In this document: positions 53,877 to 64,000 of the stretch, piece after piece
Numbering within the stretch: the stretch's first letter is position 1
Layout of the letters: each line of letters starts with the position of its first letter
Assembly: GCA_963767925.1 (NCBI GenBank)
Contig: CAVYGB010000008.1
Coordinates: 3,136,001 to 3,200,000, forward strand
Direction of reading: 5' to 3'
Length of the DNA: 64,000 bases
Source of the DNA: an uncultured delta proteobacterium
GTDB taxonomy: Bacteria > Myxococcota_A > Polyangia > Fen-1088
Translations under genes and position numbers: made by a program
The notes under the pieces: model-generated
Databases searched by the model: none
What the model was told of the DNA's origin: nothing
The model's input: the letters and a program-made list of their open reading frames with translations, nothing else

Positions 53877-56132
53877 ATGTCCCCTCGGAAGGAGAACGCG
53901 GCTTCTGCCCCCATTCAGGCGCGACGGGACTCCGGCGCCAACCTGTTTCTGAACCGTGAGCTTTCCTGGCTGGAGTTCAACGGCCGCGTTTTCGAGGAGG
54001 CCGCCGACCCGGGGGTACCGCTCGGTGAACGCCTGAAGTTCCAGTCGATCGTCGCCTCGAACCTCGACGAGTTTTTCATGGTCCGGGTGGCCGGCCTCAA
54101 GCAGCTCGTCGCCAGCCGGAGCAACGAGGCGGGCGCCGACGGGATGCCGCCCGAGGAGCAGCTCACCGCGATCAGCGAGCGGGCGCACGCCATGGTGGCC
54201 GCCCTGTACGCCAACTGGAAAGATGCCATCGAGCCGGGGTTGCGCGAGCGGGCGGGCCTCACCATCCTCCGCCCCAGCCAGCTCAGCTCGACCCAGCGTG
54301 CCAAGCTGCAGGCCCACTTCAGCAAGGACGTCTGGGCGGTGTTGACCCCCCTGGCGGTCGACCAGGGGCATCCGTTTCCGGCGTTGCGAAACCGCAGCTT
54401 GAACCTCGCCATCCTGTTGCACAAGGAGCGGCAGCGGGTGGCCCGGCGGTCGTCGATCGTCGCGGTCGTGCAGGTCCCCTCGGTGTTGCCCCGCCTGGTG
54501 GAGGTGCCGGCCGAGGCCCCCCACCGCGCCGCCTTCGTGCTGCTCGAGGACCTCATCACCCTGCACGTGGGCGGGTTGTTCCCCGGCTTCCGGGTGGTGA
54601 GCTGCAGCGCCTTCCGGGTGACCCGCAACTCCGACCTCACCATCGACGAGGACGAGGCAGACGACCTGCTGAAGACCATCCAGAAGGAGCTGCGCCGCCG
54701 CGACCGGGGCCACGCCGTGCGCCTGGAGCTCGCCGAGGGCACGCCCGCCGACGTCCAGAAGTTCCTGCGCCAGGCCTTGCGGCTCGAGAAGGACGACGTC
54801 TACTCCATCCCCGGGCCGCTCAACCTGTCCGACCTGACCCCCCTGCACGGCCACGAACAGCTCCGCGAGCTGCGCGACGAGCCCTTCGTGCCTCAGGAGG
54901 CGCCCGCGCTGCGCGACACCGAGGACCTGTTCCGGGCGGTGTCCGAGCGGGACGTCCTGCTCCACCACCCCTACGAGACCTTCGACCACGTCGTCGAGTT
55001 CGTGGCCCAGGCGGCCGACGATCCCAACGTGCTGGCCATCAAGCAGACCCTCTACCGCACGAACGCCGACTCGCCCATCATCCGGGCCCTGGTGCGGGCG
55101 GCGGAGAACGGCAAGCAGGTGACGGCGGTGGTCGAGCTGAAAGCCCGCTTCGACGAGGGGCACAACATCGCCTGGGCCCGCACGCTGGAGGAGGCGGGGG
55201 TCCACGTCGTGTACGGCCTGCCGGGGTTCAAGACCCACTGCAAGCTGTCGCTGGTGGTGCGCCGGCAAGAGGGCCACATCGCCCGATACGTCCACATGTC
55301 GACCGGAAACTACAACCCCTCGACGGCCCGCCTGTACGGGGACATCTCTTACATGACCGCCCGGGAGGAGTTCGCCGACGACGCCGGGGCCCTGTTCAAC
55401 CTGCTGACCGGTTACTCGTCGCCCCCGGCCTGGAAGCGGTTCTCGGTGGCCCCGATCGGGCTGGCCGAGCGGATCATCGAGCTGTGCGAGCGCGAGCGCG
55501 GCTTCGGGGCCCAGGGGCACATCATCGCCAAGATGAACGCCCTGGTCGATCCGGAGGTCATCCGGGCCCTGTACCGGGCCTCGCAGGCGGGGGTGAAGAT
55601 CGATCTGCTGGTGCGGGGGATCTGCTGCCTGCGCCCGGGGATCCCCGGCGTCAGCGAGAACATCCAGGTCCTCAGCGTCGTCGACCGGTTCCTCGAGCAC
55701 GCGCGCATCTTCTACTTCCAGGCCGGCGGCAAGAAGGAGGTCTACCTGGGGTCGGCCGACTGGATGCCCCGCAACTTCATCCGCCGGGTGGAGGTGATGT
55801 TCCCGGTCGAAGATCCGGCGCTGCGCGACCGCATGCTCGACGAGATCCTGAGGCCCGCCCTGGCCGACAACGTCAAGGCCCGGCGCCTGCGCAGCGACGG
55901 CAGCTACGAGCGGCTGCACCCGCCCGCCGGCGATCCGGCGGCGGCGGTCCGCAGCCAGCAGCGCTTCATGGAGCTGGCCCGCACCCGGGCGGCCGGCGCC
56001 GCCGTGACCCCGCTGTCCTCGGGCGGGTTCCTCGGACCGGTCACCGGGGAATCCGGCGGGACGCGCAACCCGCCCGGCGCCCATGCCCCGGCCTCCTCCC
56101 CCCGGCGGGTGGTCTCCGACCTCGCCTCCTGA
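53877..56132 (+). CDS. ppk1: Polyphosphate kinase 1
   Basis: NRELSWLEFN, SNLDEFFMVRVAGL, HHPYE, IKQTLYR, ELKARFDE, KTHCK, RFLEHAR, SADWMPRN. Confidence 0.97.
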   Translation: MSPRKENAASAPIQARRDSGANLFLNRELSWLEFNGRVFEEAADPGVPLGERLKFQSIVASNLDEFFMVRVAGLKQLVASRSNEAGADGMPPEEQLTAISERAHAMVAALYANWKDAIEPGLRERAGLTILRPSQLSSTQRAKLQAHFSKDVWAVLTPLAVDQGHPFPALRNRSLNLAILLHKERQRVARRSSIVAVVQVPSVLPRLVEVPAEAPHRAAFVLLEDLITLHVGGLFPGFRVVSCSAFRVTRNSDLTIDEDEADDLLKTIQKELRRRDRGHAVRLELAEGTPADVQKFLRQALRLEKDDVYSIPGPLNLSDLTPLHGHEQLRELRDEPFVPQEAPALRDTEDLFRAVSERDVLLHHPYETFDHVVEFVAQAADDPNVLAIKQTLYRTNADSPIIRALVRAAENGKQVTAVVELKARFDEGHNIAWARTLEEAGVHVVYGLPGFKTHCKLSLVVRRQEGHIARYVHMSTGNYNPSTARLYGDISYMTAREEFADDAGALFNLLTGYSSPPAWKRFSVAPIGLAERIIELCERERGFGAQGHIIAKMNALVDPEVIRALYRASQAGVKIDLLVRGICCLRPGIPGVSENIQVLSVVDRFLEHARIFYFQAGGKKEVYLGSADWMPRNFIRRVEVMFPVEDPALRDRMLDEILRPALADNVKARRLRSDGSYERLHPPAGDPAAAVRSQQRFMELARTRAAGAAVTPLSSGGFLGPVTGESGGTRNPPGAHAPASSPRRVVSDLAS

Positions 56133-56157
56133 TTCCTGACTGAAAGGAGCGTCGCTC

Positions 56158-56661
56158 TTGGCCAAACCAGCTCGCGGCGAAGGCCTCATCTACCTCATCC
56201 GGCACGGACGCGCCGAGGACAGCCACCCCCAGGGGGACGAGGCGCGCGGGTTGACCGCCGATGGCCGAAGGGCCTTCCGCGAGCTCGCCCACGAGGTCGG
56301 CAAGAAGGTCGGGCTGCGCGGGATCGCCACCAGCCCGCTGGTGCGGGCGGTGCAGACCGCCGAGCTGCTGGCCGAGGCCGCTGGCATCGAGGAGGTGCAG
56401 GTGCGCGGCCCCCTGGCCTACGACAAGGCCTCGGGGACGAGCGTGCTCACTCTGGCCCGGGCGCTGGGGCCGGGCTGGGCCCTCGTCGGCCACAACCCCT
56501 CGATGGGCGAAGCCCTGGCCCAGGCGCTGGGCCTGGCCGGCGAGGCGGCCCGCTTTCGCAAGGGCGCCATCGCGGCCTTGCAGCCGGGGCCCGGCGAGAG
56601 CAGCCCCTGGCGCCTCGAGTGGATCATCTCCCCCGGCCGGGACTTCGAGACCGAGGTCTGA
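56158..56661 (+). CDS. sixA: SixA-like phosphohistidine phosphatase
   Basis: LIRHGRA, SPLVRAVQTA, VGHNP motifs. Confidence 0.85.
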   Translation: MAKPARGEGLIYLIRHGRAEDSHPQGDEARGLTADGRRAFRELAHEVGKKVGLRGIATSPLVRAVQTAELLAEAAGIEEVQVRGPLAYDKASGTSVLTLARALGPGWALVGHNPSMGEALAQALGLAGEAARFRKGAIAALQPGPGESSPWRLEWIISPGRDFETEV

Positions 56662-56808
56662 TGGATCGCGGGCCAGCAGCTCGGCGTGCCGGGCGCGCAG
56701 GGCCTGCTCCAGCGTCTGCTGGCGGGCCGGGTCGCTCCGGGCCGGCCCGTGCCCACAGGCGGTGGTGAAGGCGAGCAGGACGGGAAACAGAAGCCGGAGC
56801 AGGAGCAC

Positions 56809-57597
56809 TCAGCCGAACCGGCCCGTGATGTACTCCTCGGTGCGGCGCTGCTTGGGCCGGGTGAATAGCTCGTCGGTCTCGGCGAACTCGACCAGGTCGC
56901 CGAGGTAAAAGAAGGCGGTGTAGTCGGAGACCCGGGCCGCCTGCTGCATGTTGTGGGTCACGATGACCACCGTGTAGTGATCGGACAGCTCGTTGATGAG
57001 CTCCTCGATGTGGGCGGTGGCGATGGGATCCAGGGCCGACGCCGGCTCGTCCATCAGCAGGACCTCCGGCTCGACGGCGAGGGCCCGGGCGATGCAGAGG
57101 CGCTGCTGCTGCCCGCCCGACATCCCCATGGCGCTCTCGTTCAAGCGATCCTTGACCTCGTCCCAGAGCGCCGCCCGCTTGAGGGCCCGCTCCACCCGCC
57201 CGGCGATCTCGCCGCTGTTGCGCACGCCCCCGATGCGCAACCCGTAGGCCACGTTCTCGAAGATCGACTTCGGGAAGGGGTTCGAGCGCTGGAAGACCAT
57301 GCCGATGCGCCGGCGCACCACAACCGCGTCGATCCCGGGGCCGTAGATCGGCTGGTGCTCGAGCTTGACGTCCCCTTCCACCCGGCAGCCGGGGATGAGC
57401 TCGTTCATCCGGTTGAGGGCCCGCAAGAAGGTCGACTTGCCACACCCGGACGGCCCGATGAGGGCGGTCACGTGTTTGGCGGGCATGTCGAGCGTCACCG
57501 GGCCGAGGGCCTTCTTGGTCCCGTAATAGACGCTGAGGTTGCGTACCGTGATCTTGTTGGGCGGCCGGACGGGCCGCTCCTCGGCGATGGCGGTCAT
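56809..57597 (-). CDS. pstB: Phosphate ABC transporter ATP-binding protein
   Basis: [40 protein letters not shown]. Confidence 0.97.
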   Translation of the reverse strand: MTAIAEERPVRPPNKITVRNLSVYYGTKKALGPVTLDMPAKHVTALIGPSGCGKSTFLRALNRMNELIPGCRVEGDVKLEHQPIYGPGIDAVVVRRRIGMVFQRSNPFPKSIFENVAYGLRIGGVRNSGEIAGRVERALKRAALWDEVKDRLNESAMGMSGGQQQRLCIARALAVEPEVLLMDEPASALDPIATAHIEELINELSDHYTVVIVTHNMQQAARVSDYTAFFYLGDLVEFAETDELFTRPKQRRTEEYITGRFG

Positions 57598-58577
57598 CCG
57601 TGCCCCCTGGCCATGCTCCGGCGCATGCGCGCCCGCACGACGATGGCCACCGCGTTGAGCATGAAGGTCAAGACCAGCAAGACCACCACGGTGGCGTAGA
57701 GAATTGGTTTTGTCGCGTCGACGTCGGGTGACTGCGTGGACATGACGTACACGTGGTACCCGAGCTCCATGAACTGATCGTAGAGGCGGCCGGGCAGCAC
57801 CGGCAGGAAGTAGGCCGCCCCCGTGAAGAGGATGGGCGCCACCTCCCCCGCCCCCCGGCTGACCGCCAGGATGGTGCCGGTGAGGATGCCGGGGAAAGCC
57901 TGGGGGACCACCACCCGGAAGACGGTCTGGAACTTGGTGGCCCCGAGGGCCAGCGAGGCCTCGCGGGTCTCGCGGGGAATGGCCCGCAGCGCTTCCTCGG
58001 TGGCCACGATGACCACCGGCAGGGTCAACACCGCCAGGGTCAAGGAGGCCCAGATCAGCGCGGGCTGCCCGTAGACCTTGGCTCCCCCGAAGAAGATCCG
58101 GTCGACGTTGGTCCCCACGAACTGCACGAAGAACCCCAGCCCGAACAGCCCGAACACGATGGAGGGGACGCCGGCCAGGTTGGAGATGGCGATGCGGACC
58201 GCCCGGGTGATGCGGGACTGGGGGGGGGCGTATTCGTGCAGGTAGAGCGCGGTGGCCACCCCCACCGGCACCACCGCGATGGTCATCAGGATGACCAGGG
58301 CGACGGTGCCGAAGATGGCGGGGAAGATGCCCCCCGCGGTCATGCCGTGGCTGGGGGCGTTGACGAGAAAGCCGATCGAGAGCGCGGGCGCGCCGTGGAT
58401 GACGATGTCGATCAGGATGACCGCCAGGATGATGACCACCAGGGTGGTGGCCAGCCCGGTGGCGAGGGCCAGGGCGAAGTCGGACAGCCGGTGGCGCAGC
58501 GGCCGCCGCAAGGTGGCCTTTGCCAGAACAACCCCATCTGGCAACAACGCGAGCTCCCCTCCCTGTGCGCTGCTCAT
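57594..58577 (-). CDS. pstA: Phosphate ABC transporter permease PstA
   Basis: [40 protein letters not shown] overlaps pstC stop. Confidence 0.95.
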   Translation of the reverse strand: MSSAQGGELALLPDGVVLAKATLRRPLRHRLSDFALALATGLATTLVVIILAVILIDIVIHGAPALSIGFLVNAPSHGMTAGGIFPAIFGTVALVILMTIAVVPVGVATALYLHEYAPPQSRITRAVRIAISNLAGVPSIVFGLFGLGFFVQFVGTNVDRIFFGGAKVYGQPALIWASLTLAVLTLPVVIVATEEALRAIPRETREASLALGATKFQTVFRVVVPQAFPGILTGTILAVSRGAGEVAPILFTGAAYFLPVLPGRLYDQFMELGYHVYVMSTQSPDVDATKPILYATVVVLLVLTFMLNAVAIVVRARMRRSMARGHG

Positions 58578-59599
58578 GACACCGTCCCCAATCGCCGCTT
58601 CATGCGGTGGATGGCCTGCTCGCCAATCAGGTTGATCACGAAGGTCGTGAGAAACAGCAAGGTGCCGAGATAAAACAGCACCGTGTAGTGGGCCCCGCCC
58701 ACAACCACCTCGGCCAGCTCGGCGGCGATGGTGGCGGCCAGGGTGCGGATCGAATCGTCGAAGCGCACCGAGAGGATGGCGGCGTTGCCCGAGGCCATCA
58801 GCACGATCATGGTCTCGCCCACCGCCCGGCCCAGGCCCAGCGCCACGCCCGCGGCCAGCCCCGGGCTGGCGGCGGGGATCAGCACCCGCAAGACAGTCTG
58901 CCAGCGGGCCGCCCCCAGCGCGGTGGAGGCCTCGATGTAGCTGCGGGGAACCGCGCCCAGGGCCTCCTCGCTGATGGTGAAGATGATGGGGATGATGGCG
59001 AACGAGAGCGCCACCCCCGCCACGATGGCGTTGAGGCGCGACTCGAGCCCGAACCAGTCCTGGAACCAGCTCGCCATCACCAGCAGGGCGAAGAAGCCGA
59101 GCACGACCGAGGGGATGCCGGCCAGCAGCTCGACCACCGGCTTGATCACCTCCCGCACGCGGGGAGGGGCGTATTGCGAGACGTAGACCGCCGAGCCGAT
59201 GGCCAGCGGCACCGCGAAGATGATGGAGATGAGGACGACCTTGAGGGTGCCCACGATGAGCGGCCAGAGGGCGTATTTGGGGATGTCCGAGACCGGCTGC
59301 CAGATGTGCTCGGGCTTGTCGTACCCGTCCCAGTGCTGGGCGAGCCACATCTGGCTGGGGGTGACCTCGCTGCGCACTTCGTGGTCGTAGAAGATGGGCA
59401 GCGCCTGCTTGGCCACGAACAAGAAGATGAGGGCGATGGCGAGGACGGCGGAGAAGGCCCACACCCGCAGCAACATCTCACCCGCCTTGTGCCACCGCGG
59501 CGGGGGGGCCAGGACCAATCGGGAGAATGGTCCGGACGCCCCCTCCGTCCGGGGGGTCACGCTGGGCGCCTGAGGCTCAGGAAGAGAGGTGGGCGGCAC
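58574..59599 (-). CDS. pstC: Phosphate ABC transporter permease PstC
   Basis: [20 protein letters not shown]. Confidence 0.95.
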   Translation of the reverse strand: MPPTSLPEPQAPSVTPRTEGASGPFSRLVLAPPPRWHKAGEMLLRVWAFSAVLAIALIFLFVAKQALPIFYDHEVRSEVTPSQMWLAQHWDGYDKPEHIWQPVSDIPKYALWPLIVGTLKVVLISIIFAVPLAIGSAVYVSQYAPPRVREVIKPVVELLAGIPSVVLGFFALLVMASWFQDWFGLESRLNAIVAGVALSFAIIPIIFTISEEALGAVPRSYIEASTALGAARWQTVLRVLIPAASPGLAAGVALGLGRAVGETMIVLMASGNAAILSVRFDDSIRTLAATIAAELAEVVVGGAHYTVLFYLGTLLFLTTFVINLIGEQAIHRMKRRLGTVS

Positions 59600-59621
59600 G
59601 CGCGAAGTAAACCAGGTCCAG

Positions 59622-59659
59622 GTGACCGCTTGGTGGCAGGTTCGTGACAGCTGTTTGAC
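59622..59659 (-). promoter_or_regulatory. Pho box array upstream of pstC
   Basis: Plus-strand GTGAC 59622, GTGGC 59633, GTGAC 59644, TTGAC 59655 (11-bp period). Confidence 0.75.
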
Positions 59660-59682
59660 GACGAGTTGTCGACGCTGCGACG

Positions 59683-60510
59683 CTACTTGATCGGGTAGTA
59701 GCCAACCTTGTTGACCACCGCCTGCCCCTCCGGCGAGAGCACCCAGTCGACGAAGCCCTTGATGTCACCACTCGGCTGGTTGCGCACGTAGAAGAACAGC
59801 GGGCGAGCCAGGGCGTAGGTCCCCGAGGCCACCGACTGCAGGTCGGGCGCGATGGCGGGGCTGTCCGCGTCCTTCTTGAGCTTGAGGATCTTCAGCCCCT
59901 TGGCGAACGCCGCGCCGCCGTAGCCGATCCCGAACTTCTCCTTGGTCACCGCGTTGACCACCGAGGCGGTGCCCGGCATGGTCTGGGCGCGGGGCGTGAA
60001 GTCGCGGCCGGCGAGGACGTTGTCCTTGAAGAACACGTAGGTGCCCGAGCTGTTTTCACGGGAGTACACGATGATGCGGGCGTCGGGGCCGCCCAGGTCC
60101 TTCCAGTTTGTCACCTTGCCCAGGAAGACGTCGCGGAGCTGGGGCAGCGAGATCTCGGTGAGCGGGTTCGAGCTGTGCACGTAGACCGACAGGCCATCCC
60201 GCGCCACCGCGATCTCGACCCCCGTGGTGTTGTAGCGATCGCGCAGCTTGCCCTTCTCCGGCGCCTTCATGGCCCGGGACGACATGCAGATGTCGGTGGT
60301 CCCGTTGATGAGCGCGCTGATCCCGGTGCCCGATCCGCCGCCGGTGACCTGGATCTGCGAGTCGGGAGACTTGTGCATGAACTCCTCGGCCCAGCGCTGG
60401 CCGAGGATGACCATGGTGTCCGATCCCTTGATGGTGACGGGGGCGGCCTGGACGACGGCGGCTGGCGTCAGGACGGCGAACGCCAGCAAAACACGATTCA
60501 AAATGCGCAT
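59683..60510 (-). CDS. pstS: Phosphate-binding protein
   Basis: GSDTM, GGGSGTG, SSR, RENSSGT motifs. Confidence 0.95.
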   Translation of the reverse strand: MRILNRVLLAFAVLTPAAVVQAAPVTIKGSDTMVILGQRWAEEFMHKSPDSQIQVTGGGSGTGISALINGTTDICMSSRAMKAPEKGKLRDRYNTTGVEIAVARDGLSVYVHSSNPLTEISLPQLRDVFLGKVTNWKDLGGPDARIIVYSRENSSGTYVFFKDNVLAGRDFTPRAQTMPGTASVVNAVTKEKFGIGYGGAAFAKGLKILKLKKDADSPAIAPDLQSVASGTYALARPLFFYVRNQPSGDIKGFVDWVLSPEGQAVVNKVGYYPIK

Positions 60511-60560
60511 GTGAATGACTCCTCTCGTTTGAAATCTGCAGCCCGAGCGGCGGGTGTCGC

Positions 60561-61952
60561 TCAGAACTTCGCCTGCATCTGCAAGGTGAGGGCGTCGTTG
60601 CCCTTGGCATTCGCCTGCTCGCCGAAGTGGTCGTAGGCCAGGGTGAGCTTGAGGTTGCCGGAGACGTAGCCGAGCAGCGCGATCCCGAAGTTGCTCACCC
60701 GGTCGGCCTGGCCGGCGTCGCGGGCGGCCATGGCGCAGGCGTCGGCCAGGCCCGTGTTGGGGTCGTATTGATCGAAGCGGAAGGCGACGCCGAAGTTGTC
60801 CCCGATGTTCTGGACCACCGTGGCGTACCAGCCGAAGCGGGTGGCGTCCTTGCAGCCCTCGGCGTCGGCCGCGACGCCGCCGAAGTCCATCTGGCCGTCT
60901 TTGGCCCAGATCGCCTCGGCCCGCAGGGTGAAGCCGCCGAGCGAGGGCAGGTCGTAGTAGACCTGCGCGTCAGCCCCCACCCGCGAACGGGCGTAGCGCT
61001 CGTACCCCGCGATGGGCATCATCGCCGTGGCCGGGCGAACCGTCCGCAGGAAGCGGCCGAAGTGCCCCGAGACCCCGAAGACGTAGTGCCCGAGGTCGAC
61101 GCCCAGACGGCCCACGAAGTCCTTCCAGCTGCTCTGGTCGAAGGTCGTGTGGACGGCGTCGTTGGTGAAGGTGCCGTTGATGATGGCGGCCATCAGGCGA
61201 AACTGGCTGTAGCTGTATTGCAGGCGCAGGCCCCGGTCGCGCTCACCGGGGAACAACGCCCGGATGACCGAGGTGCGCTCGGGCAGCTCGCGATCGCTGG
61301 AGGACTGCAGCACCTCGAAGCCGAAGGGGATCTTGAACTGACCCAGGGTCAGCTTGAGCTCCCACTCGGTGGCGCTGGGGAACCAGACGTTCTCGTTGGT
61401 GATGTAAAAGCTCGCCTCGGCGTCGCGCAGCACCACCCCGTCGCCGGTGGCGTCGAACTGGAGGACGTACTCCGAGAGGGTGCCGACGTAGGTGGTCTTG
61501 AGCCGGCCGCGCCGCACGTAGAAGCGGTTCGTCCCGCGCTGCGAAGGGCTCTTGCTGGAGTCGACGCCGTAGTCGGCGTCGTCGTGCCACTCGTAGCGGC
61601 CCTGGACGTAGCCGCTGAACTTGAGCCGCTTGAGCGCGGCGATGTCCGACTGGATGGCCGGGAACGGCTCGAGCACGCCCTCGAGCTGCCCTTCCAGGTT
61701 GCTGATGCGGTCTTCGAGGGGGCTGCCGCCGCTCTCGGGGGGAGGCGGCTCGGCGGGGGGCGGGGGCTCGGCCGGCGGGGCCGGCTCGGCGGGAGGGGCG
61801 GGCGGAGCCGGCTCGGCCTGCGGCGCGGGTTGCTCCGGAGCCGGCTGGGCCGGCTCGACGGGGGGTGTAGGCTGGGCGGCCGCCGGAGCGGCCAGCAGGA
61901 CGACCAGGCACAGGGACAGTCCTGGGCCAATCAGGGCGGATCGGGTTTGCAT
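60561..61952 (-). CDS. Phosphate-selective porin (OprO/OprP-like)
   Basis: Signal peptide, Pro-rich linker, VRRGRLK, GQFKIPFG.E..SS, C-terminal QAKF; upstream of pstS. Confidence 0.8.
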   Translation of the reverse strand: MQTRSALIGPGLSLCLVVLLAAPAAAQPTPPVEPAQPAPEQPAPQAEPAPPAPPAEPAPPAEPPPPAEPPPPESGGSPLEDRISNLEGQLEGVLEPFPAIQSDIAALKRLKFSGYVQGRYEWHDDADYGVDSSKSPSQRGTNRFYVRRGRLKTTYVGTLSEYVLQFDATGDGVVLRDAEASFYITNENVWFPSATEWELKLTLGQFKIPFGFEVLQSSSDRELPERTSVIRALFPGERDRGLRLQYSYSQFRLMAAIINGTFTNDAVHTTFDQSSWKDFVGRLGVDLGHYVFGVSGHFGRFLRTVRPATAMMPIAGYERYARSRVGADAQVYYDLPSLGGFTLRAEAIWAKDGQMDFGGVAADAEGCKDATRFGWYATVVQNIGDNFGVAFRFDQYDPNTGLADACAMAARDAGQADRVSNFGIALLGYVSGNLKLTLAYDHFGEQANAKGNDALTLQMQAKF

Positions 61953-62029
61953 GGCGGCCAAAAAATGCCGGGTTCGGGTGTCACCCTGACGGCGCGATTG
62001 CAACACTACGGAAAACCATCGGCGGCTTT

Positions 62030-62131
62030 CTGTCACTGCCCCGTCACAGAGCGCTCGCCGAAGCGGGGCCGCCACATCCCCGGAAACTGTCGCAGCCTGG
62101 TCACCTGTTTGTCACGGGCTGCCGCTAGTGT
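62030..62131 (+). promoter_or_regulatory. Pho boxes and -10 element of phoB
   Basis: GTCAC 62032/62043; GTCGC 62089, GTCAC 62100, GTCAC 62111; TAGTGT 10 nt after the last unit. Confidence 0.78.
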
Positions 62132-62141
62132 GGCGCGCGTG

Positions 62142-62867
62142 ATGGTTTCCCCTTCCCGATCCGGAAAACGCCGTGTCCTCGTCGTCGAGGATGAAGCCGA
62201 CATCCGGGACATGCTCGCCTACAACCTCCGTCAGGAAGGCTACGACGTGGCCAGCGCCGAGACCGGCACGATGGCGCTCGACGAGGTGACCCAGTTCGGC
62301 CCCGACCTCATCATCCTCGATCTGATGTTGCCGGACATCTCCGGCGTCGAGGTGTGCCGGCGCATCCGGGGCCGCGATCGGCCCCAGCCCGCCGTCATCA
62401 TGTTGACCGCCAAGGCCGAGGAGATCGATCGAGTGGTCGGGTTCGAGGTGGGCGCCGACGACTACGTGGTCAAGCCGTTCAGCGTGCGCGAGCTGCTGCT
62501 GCGGGTGCGGGCCCGGCTGCACGAGGCCTCCAGCCGCACCGGCACGCCCGGCGCGCCCGAGGAGAACCCGGGACCGCGCCGCTTCGCGGTCGGCTCGCTC
62601 GCCATCGACGCCGACAGCCACCGGGTCAGCGTCGACGGCAAGGAGATCCCGGTCAGCTTGCTCGAGATGCAGCTCCTGCTGCACCTGGCCCAGGCCCAGG
62701 GCACGGTCTGCTCGCGGCGCGATCTGCTCACCCGGGTCTGGAAATACAGCCCCGGCGTCACCTCGCGCACGGTCGACACCCACGTCAAGCGCCTGCGCGA
62801 CAAGCTGGGCTCGGCCGGCCACCTCATCCGCACCATCCGGGGCATCGGCTACCGCCTCTCCTCCTGA
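62142..62867 (+). CDS. phoB: PhoB/OmpR-family response regulator
   Basis: VLVVEDE, ILDLMLPD, GADDYVVKPF, RTVDTHVKRLRDKLG, IRTIRGIGY; located in pst/phoU cluster. Confidence 0.85.
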   Translation: MVSPSRSGKRRVLVVEDEADIRDMLAYNLRQEGYDVASAETGTMALDEVTQFGPDLIILDLMLPDISGVEVCRRIRGRDRPQPAVIMLTAKAEEIDRVVGFEVGADDYVVKPFSVRELLLRVRARLHEASSRTGTPGAPEENPGPRRFAVGSLAIDADSHRVSVDGKEIPVSLLEMQLLLHLAQAQGTVCSRRDLLTRVWKYSPGVTSRTVDTHVKRLRDKLGSAGHLIRTIRGIGYRLSS

Positions 62868-62946
62868 CGGCGGCCGGCGAGGTCGGGAGCGCCGCTCCGG
62901 AGGCAACCGGGAGACGGTCCGCCCGGCGGCGAAGCCGCCAGCCCGG

Positions 62947-63627
62947 CTACTCGGCGAGCTTGCCGGGGTGGCGGACGTCTTTGCCGCGGACGTAGAAGAT
63001 CACCATCTCGGCCACGTTGGTGGCGTGATCGCCGATGCGCTCGAGGTATTTGGCGATCGACTGCAGGCGGGTGGCGCGGGCGATGTTGCGCGCGTCCTCC
63101 ATCATGTACGTCAGCAGCTCGCGGAAGATCTGCATGTAATAGGCGTCGACGATGGTGTCCTGCTTGATGACCTCGTCGGCCTTGTCGGCGTCGCCCTCCA
63201 CGAAGGCGTCGAGGGCGTTGTGCACCATCTGCTGCGCCTCCTCGGCCATGCGGGGCAGGTCGACGTAGGGCTTGAGGGGAGGCTCCTCGTTGAGCTCGAC
63301 CACCCGCTCCGACAGGTTGACCGCCTGGTCGCCGATGCGCTCCAGGTCGGTGACCAGCTTCATGGCGATGGTGATGAAGCGCAGGTCGGAGGCGACCGGC
63401 TGGCGGCGCGCCAGGATCTGCAGGCACATCTGGTCGATGGCCACCTCGAGCTGGTTGATGCGTCGATCGGCCTGGATCATGCGCTTGGCCAGGTCGCTGT
63501 CCCGCTCCAGCAGAGCCTGCATGCTGCCCTTGATGATCTCCTCGACCTTGGCTCCCATCAGGAGCAGCCGATCGCGCAGCTTCTGCAGCTCGGCCTCGTA
63601 CTCCCGACTCGTGTGTGTTCTCGCCAC
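62947..63627 (-). CDS. phoU: Phosphate signalling complex protein PhoU
   Basis: QPVASDLR, DLERIGD, YLERIGDHATNVAE; GTG start at 63627 (alternative 63648). Confidence 0.96.
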   Translation of the reverse strand: MARTHTSREYEAELQKLRDRLLLMGAKVEEIIKGSMQALLERDSDLAKRMIQADRRINQLEVAIDQMCLQILARRQPVASDLRFITIAMKLVTDLERIGDQAVNLSERVVELNEEPPLKPYVDLPRMAEEAQQMVHNALDAFVEGDADKADEVIKQDTIVDAYYMQIFRELLTYMMEDARNIARATRLQSIAKYLERIGDHATNVAEMVIFYVRGKDVRHPGKLAE

Positions 63628-63634
63628 CGCGACG

Positions 63635-63677
63635 ACTCTAGGAGTCACCCGGAACGTCCAGGTGACGTTCCCGTGAC
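63635..63677 (-). promoter_or_regulatory. Pho box and -10 of phoU
   Basis: Plus-strand GTGAC 63662 and 63673; minus-strand TAGAGT at 63640-63635. Confidence 0.65.
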
Positions 63678-63693
63678 AAAGGCGTCAACCTTT

Positions 63694-64000
63694 TCACATA
63701 TGGAAGGCGTCGACCTGCAAGCCGAAGCTGATGTCGGCCATCGCCGCCGGATCGGGCAGGCCCAGCATGCCGCGCACCTCGCCCACCACGCTCAACCCCT
63801 CGAACAGCGGGAAGATGATCCCGCCGATGGGCCCCACCACCGCCGGGCCCCCGCGCACGGTGTCGCTGGTCGAGAGCGTGCGGCTGGGCGCCGCCTCAAC
63901 CCGGAAGCGAAAGCCTTCGCCGAGGCCGATCACGCCCCCGGTGTAGAGCTGGAAGCGCGGGTGGATGTCGCGGAACAGGTAGGTCGCGCGGCCGAGCAGG
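63694..64000 (-). CDS. C-terminal part of a probable outer-membrane beta-barrel protein (starts beyond window)
   Basis: Open frame to window edge: LLGRATYLF...LYTGGVIGLGEGFRF...ADISFGLQVDAFHM with amphipathic beta strands. Confidence 0.6.
   Translation of the reverse strand, partial: LLGRATYLFRDIHPRFQLYTGGVIGLGEGFRFRVEAAPSRTLSTSDTVRGGPAVVGPIGGIIFPLFEGLSVVGEVRGMLGLPDPAAMADISFGLQVDAFHM

Noticed and set aside
61735..61870. Tandem GC-rich repeats resembling an array
   Set aside because: Encode the PPAEPAPP linker of the porin; no spacers, not CRISPR.
60627..62141. Long N-terminal extension of phoB in ORF 60627..62867
   Set aside because: Antisense to the porin; Pho box and -10 geometry place the start at 62139/62142.

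Overview
Very GC-rich bacterial DNA, most likely Myxococcota (oar-mlpA pair, MYXO-CTERM-like sorting signal, Cys-rich repeat proteins, FHA-sigma54 activators). It has about 45 CDS and no recognisable rRNA, tRNA or CRISPR array. Contents: housekeeping genes (aroA partial, purU, PfkB kinase, aat, cyclophilin), many secreted proteins and lipoproteins, a block of Planctomycete/Verrucomicrobia-type genes, a phosphate cluster (ppk1, sixA, pstSCAB, porin, phoB, phoU) with clear 11-bp-period Pho boxes, and a CTAG-flanked MITE-like hairpin. The most interesting part is a signalling island at 41.8-51.5 kb. A 40-aa secreted peptide gene missing from the ORF track (46107-46229; predicted mature GPYPDCELEPHAPQCW) sits behind a sigma54 promoter. 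It converges on a membrane Ser/Thr kinase with a lower-GC extracellular beta-propeller, and is flanked by two FHA-domain sigma54 activators and a sigma54-driven ECF sigma factor. This is a candidate peptide quorum-sensing circuit built from Hanks-kinase/FHA parts. Beside it are two coupled histidine kinases with complementary defects. All family assignments are from motif recognition by eye; no searches were run.
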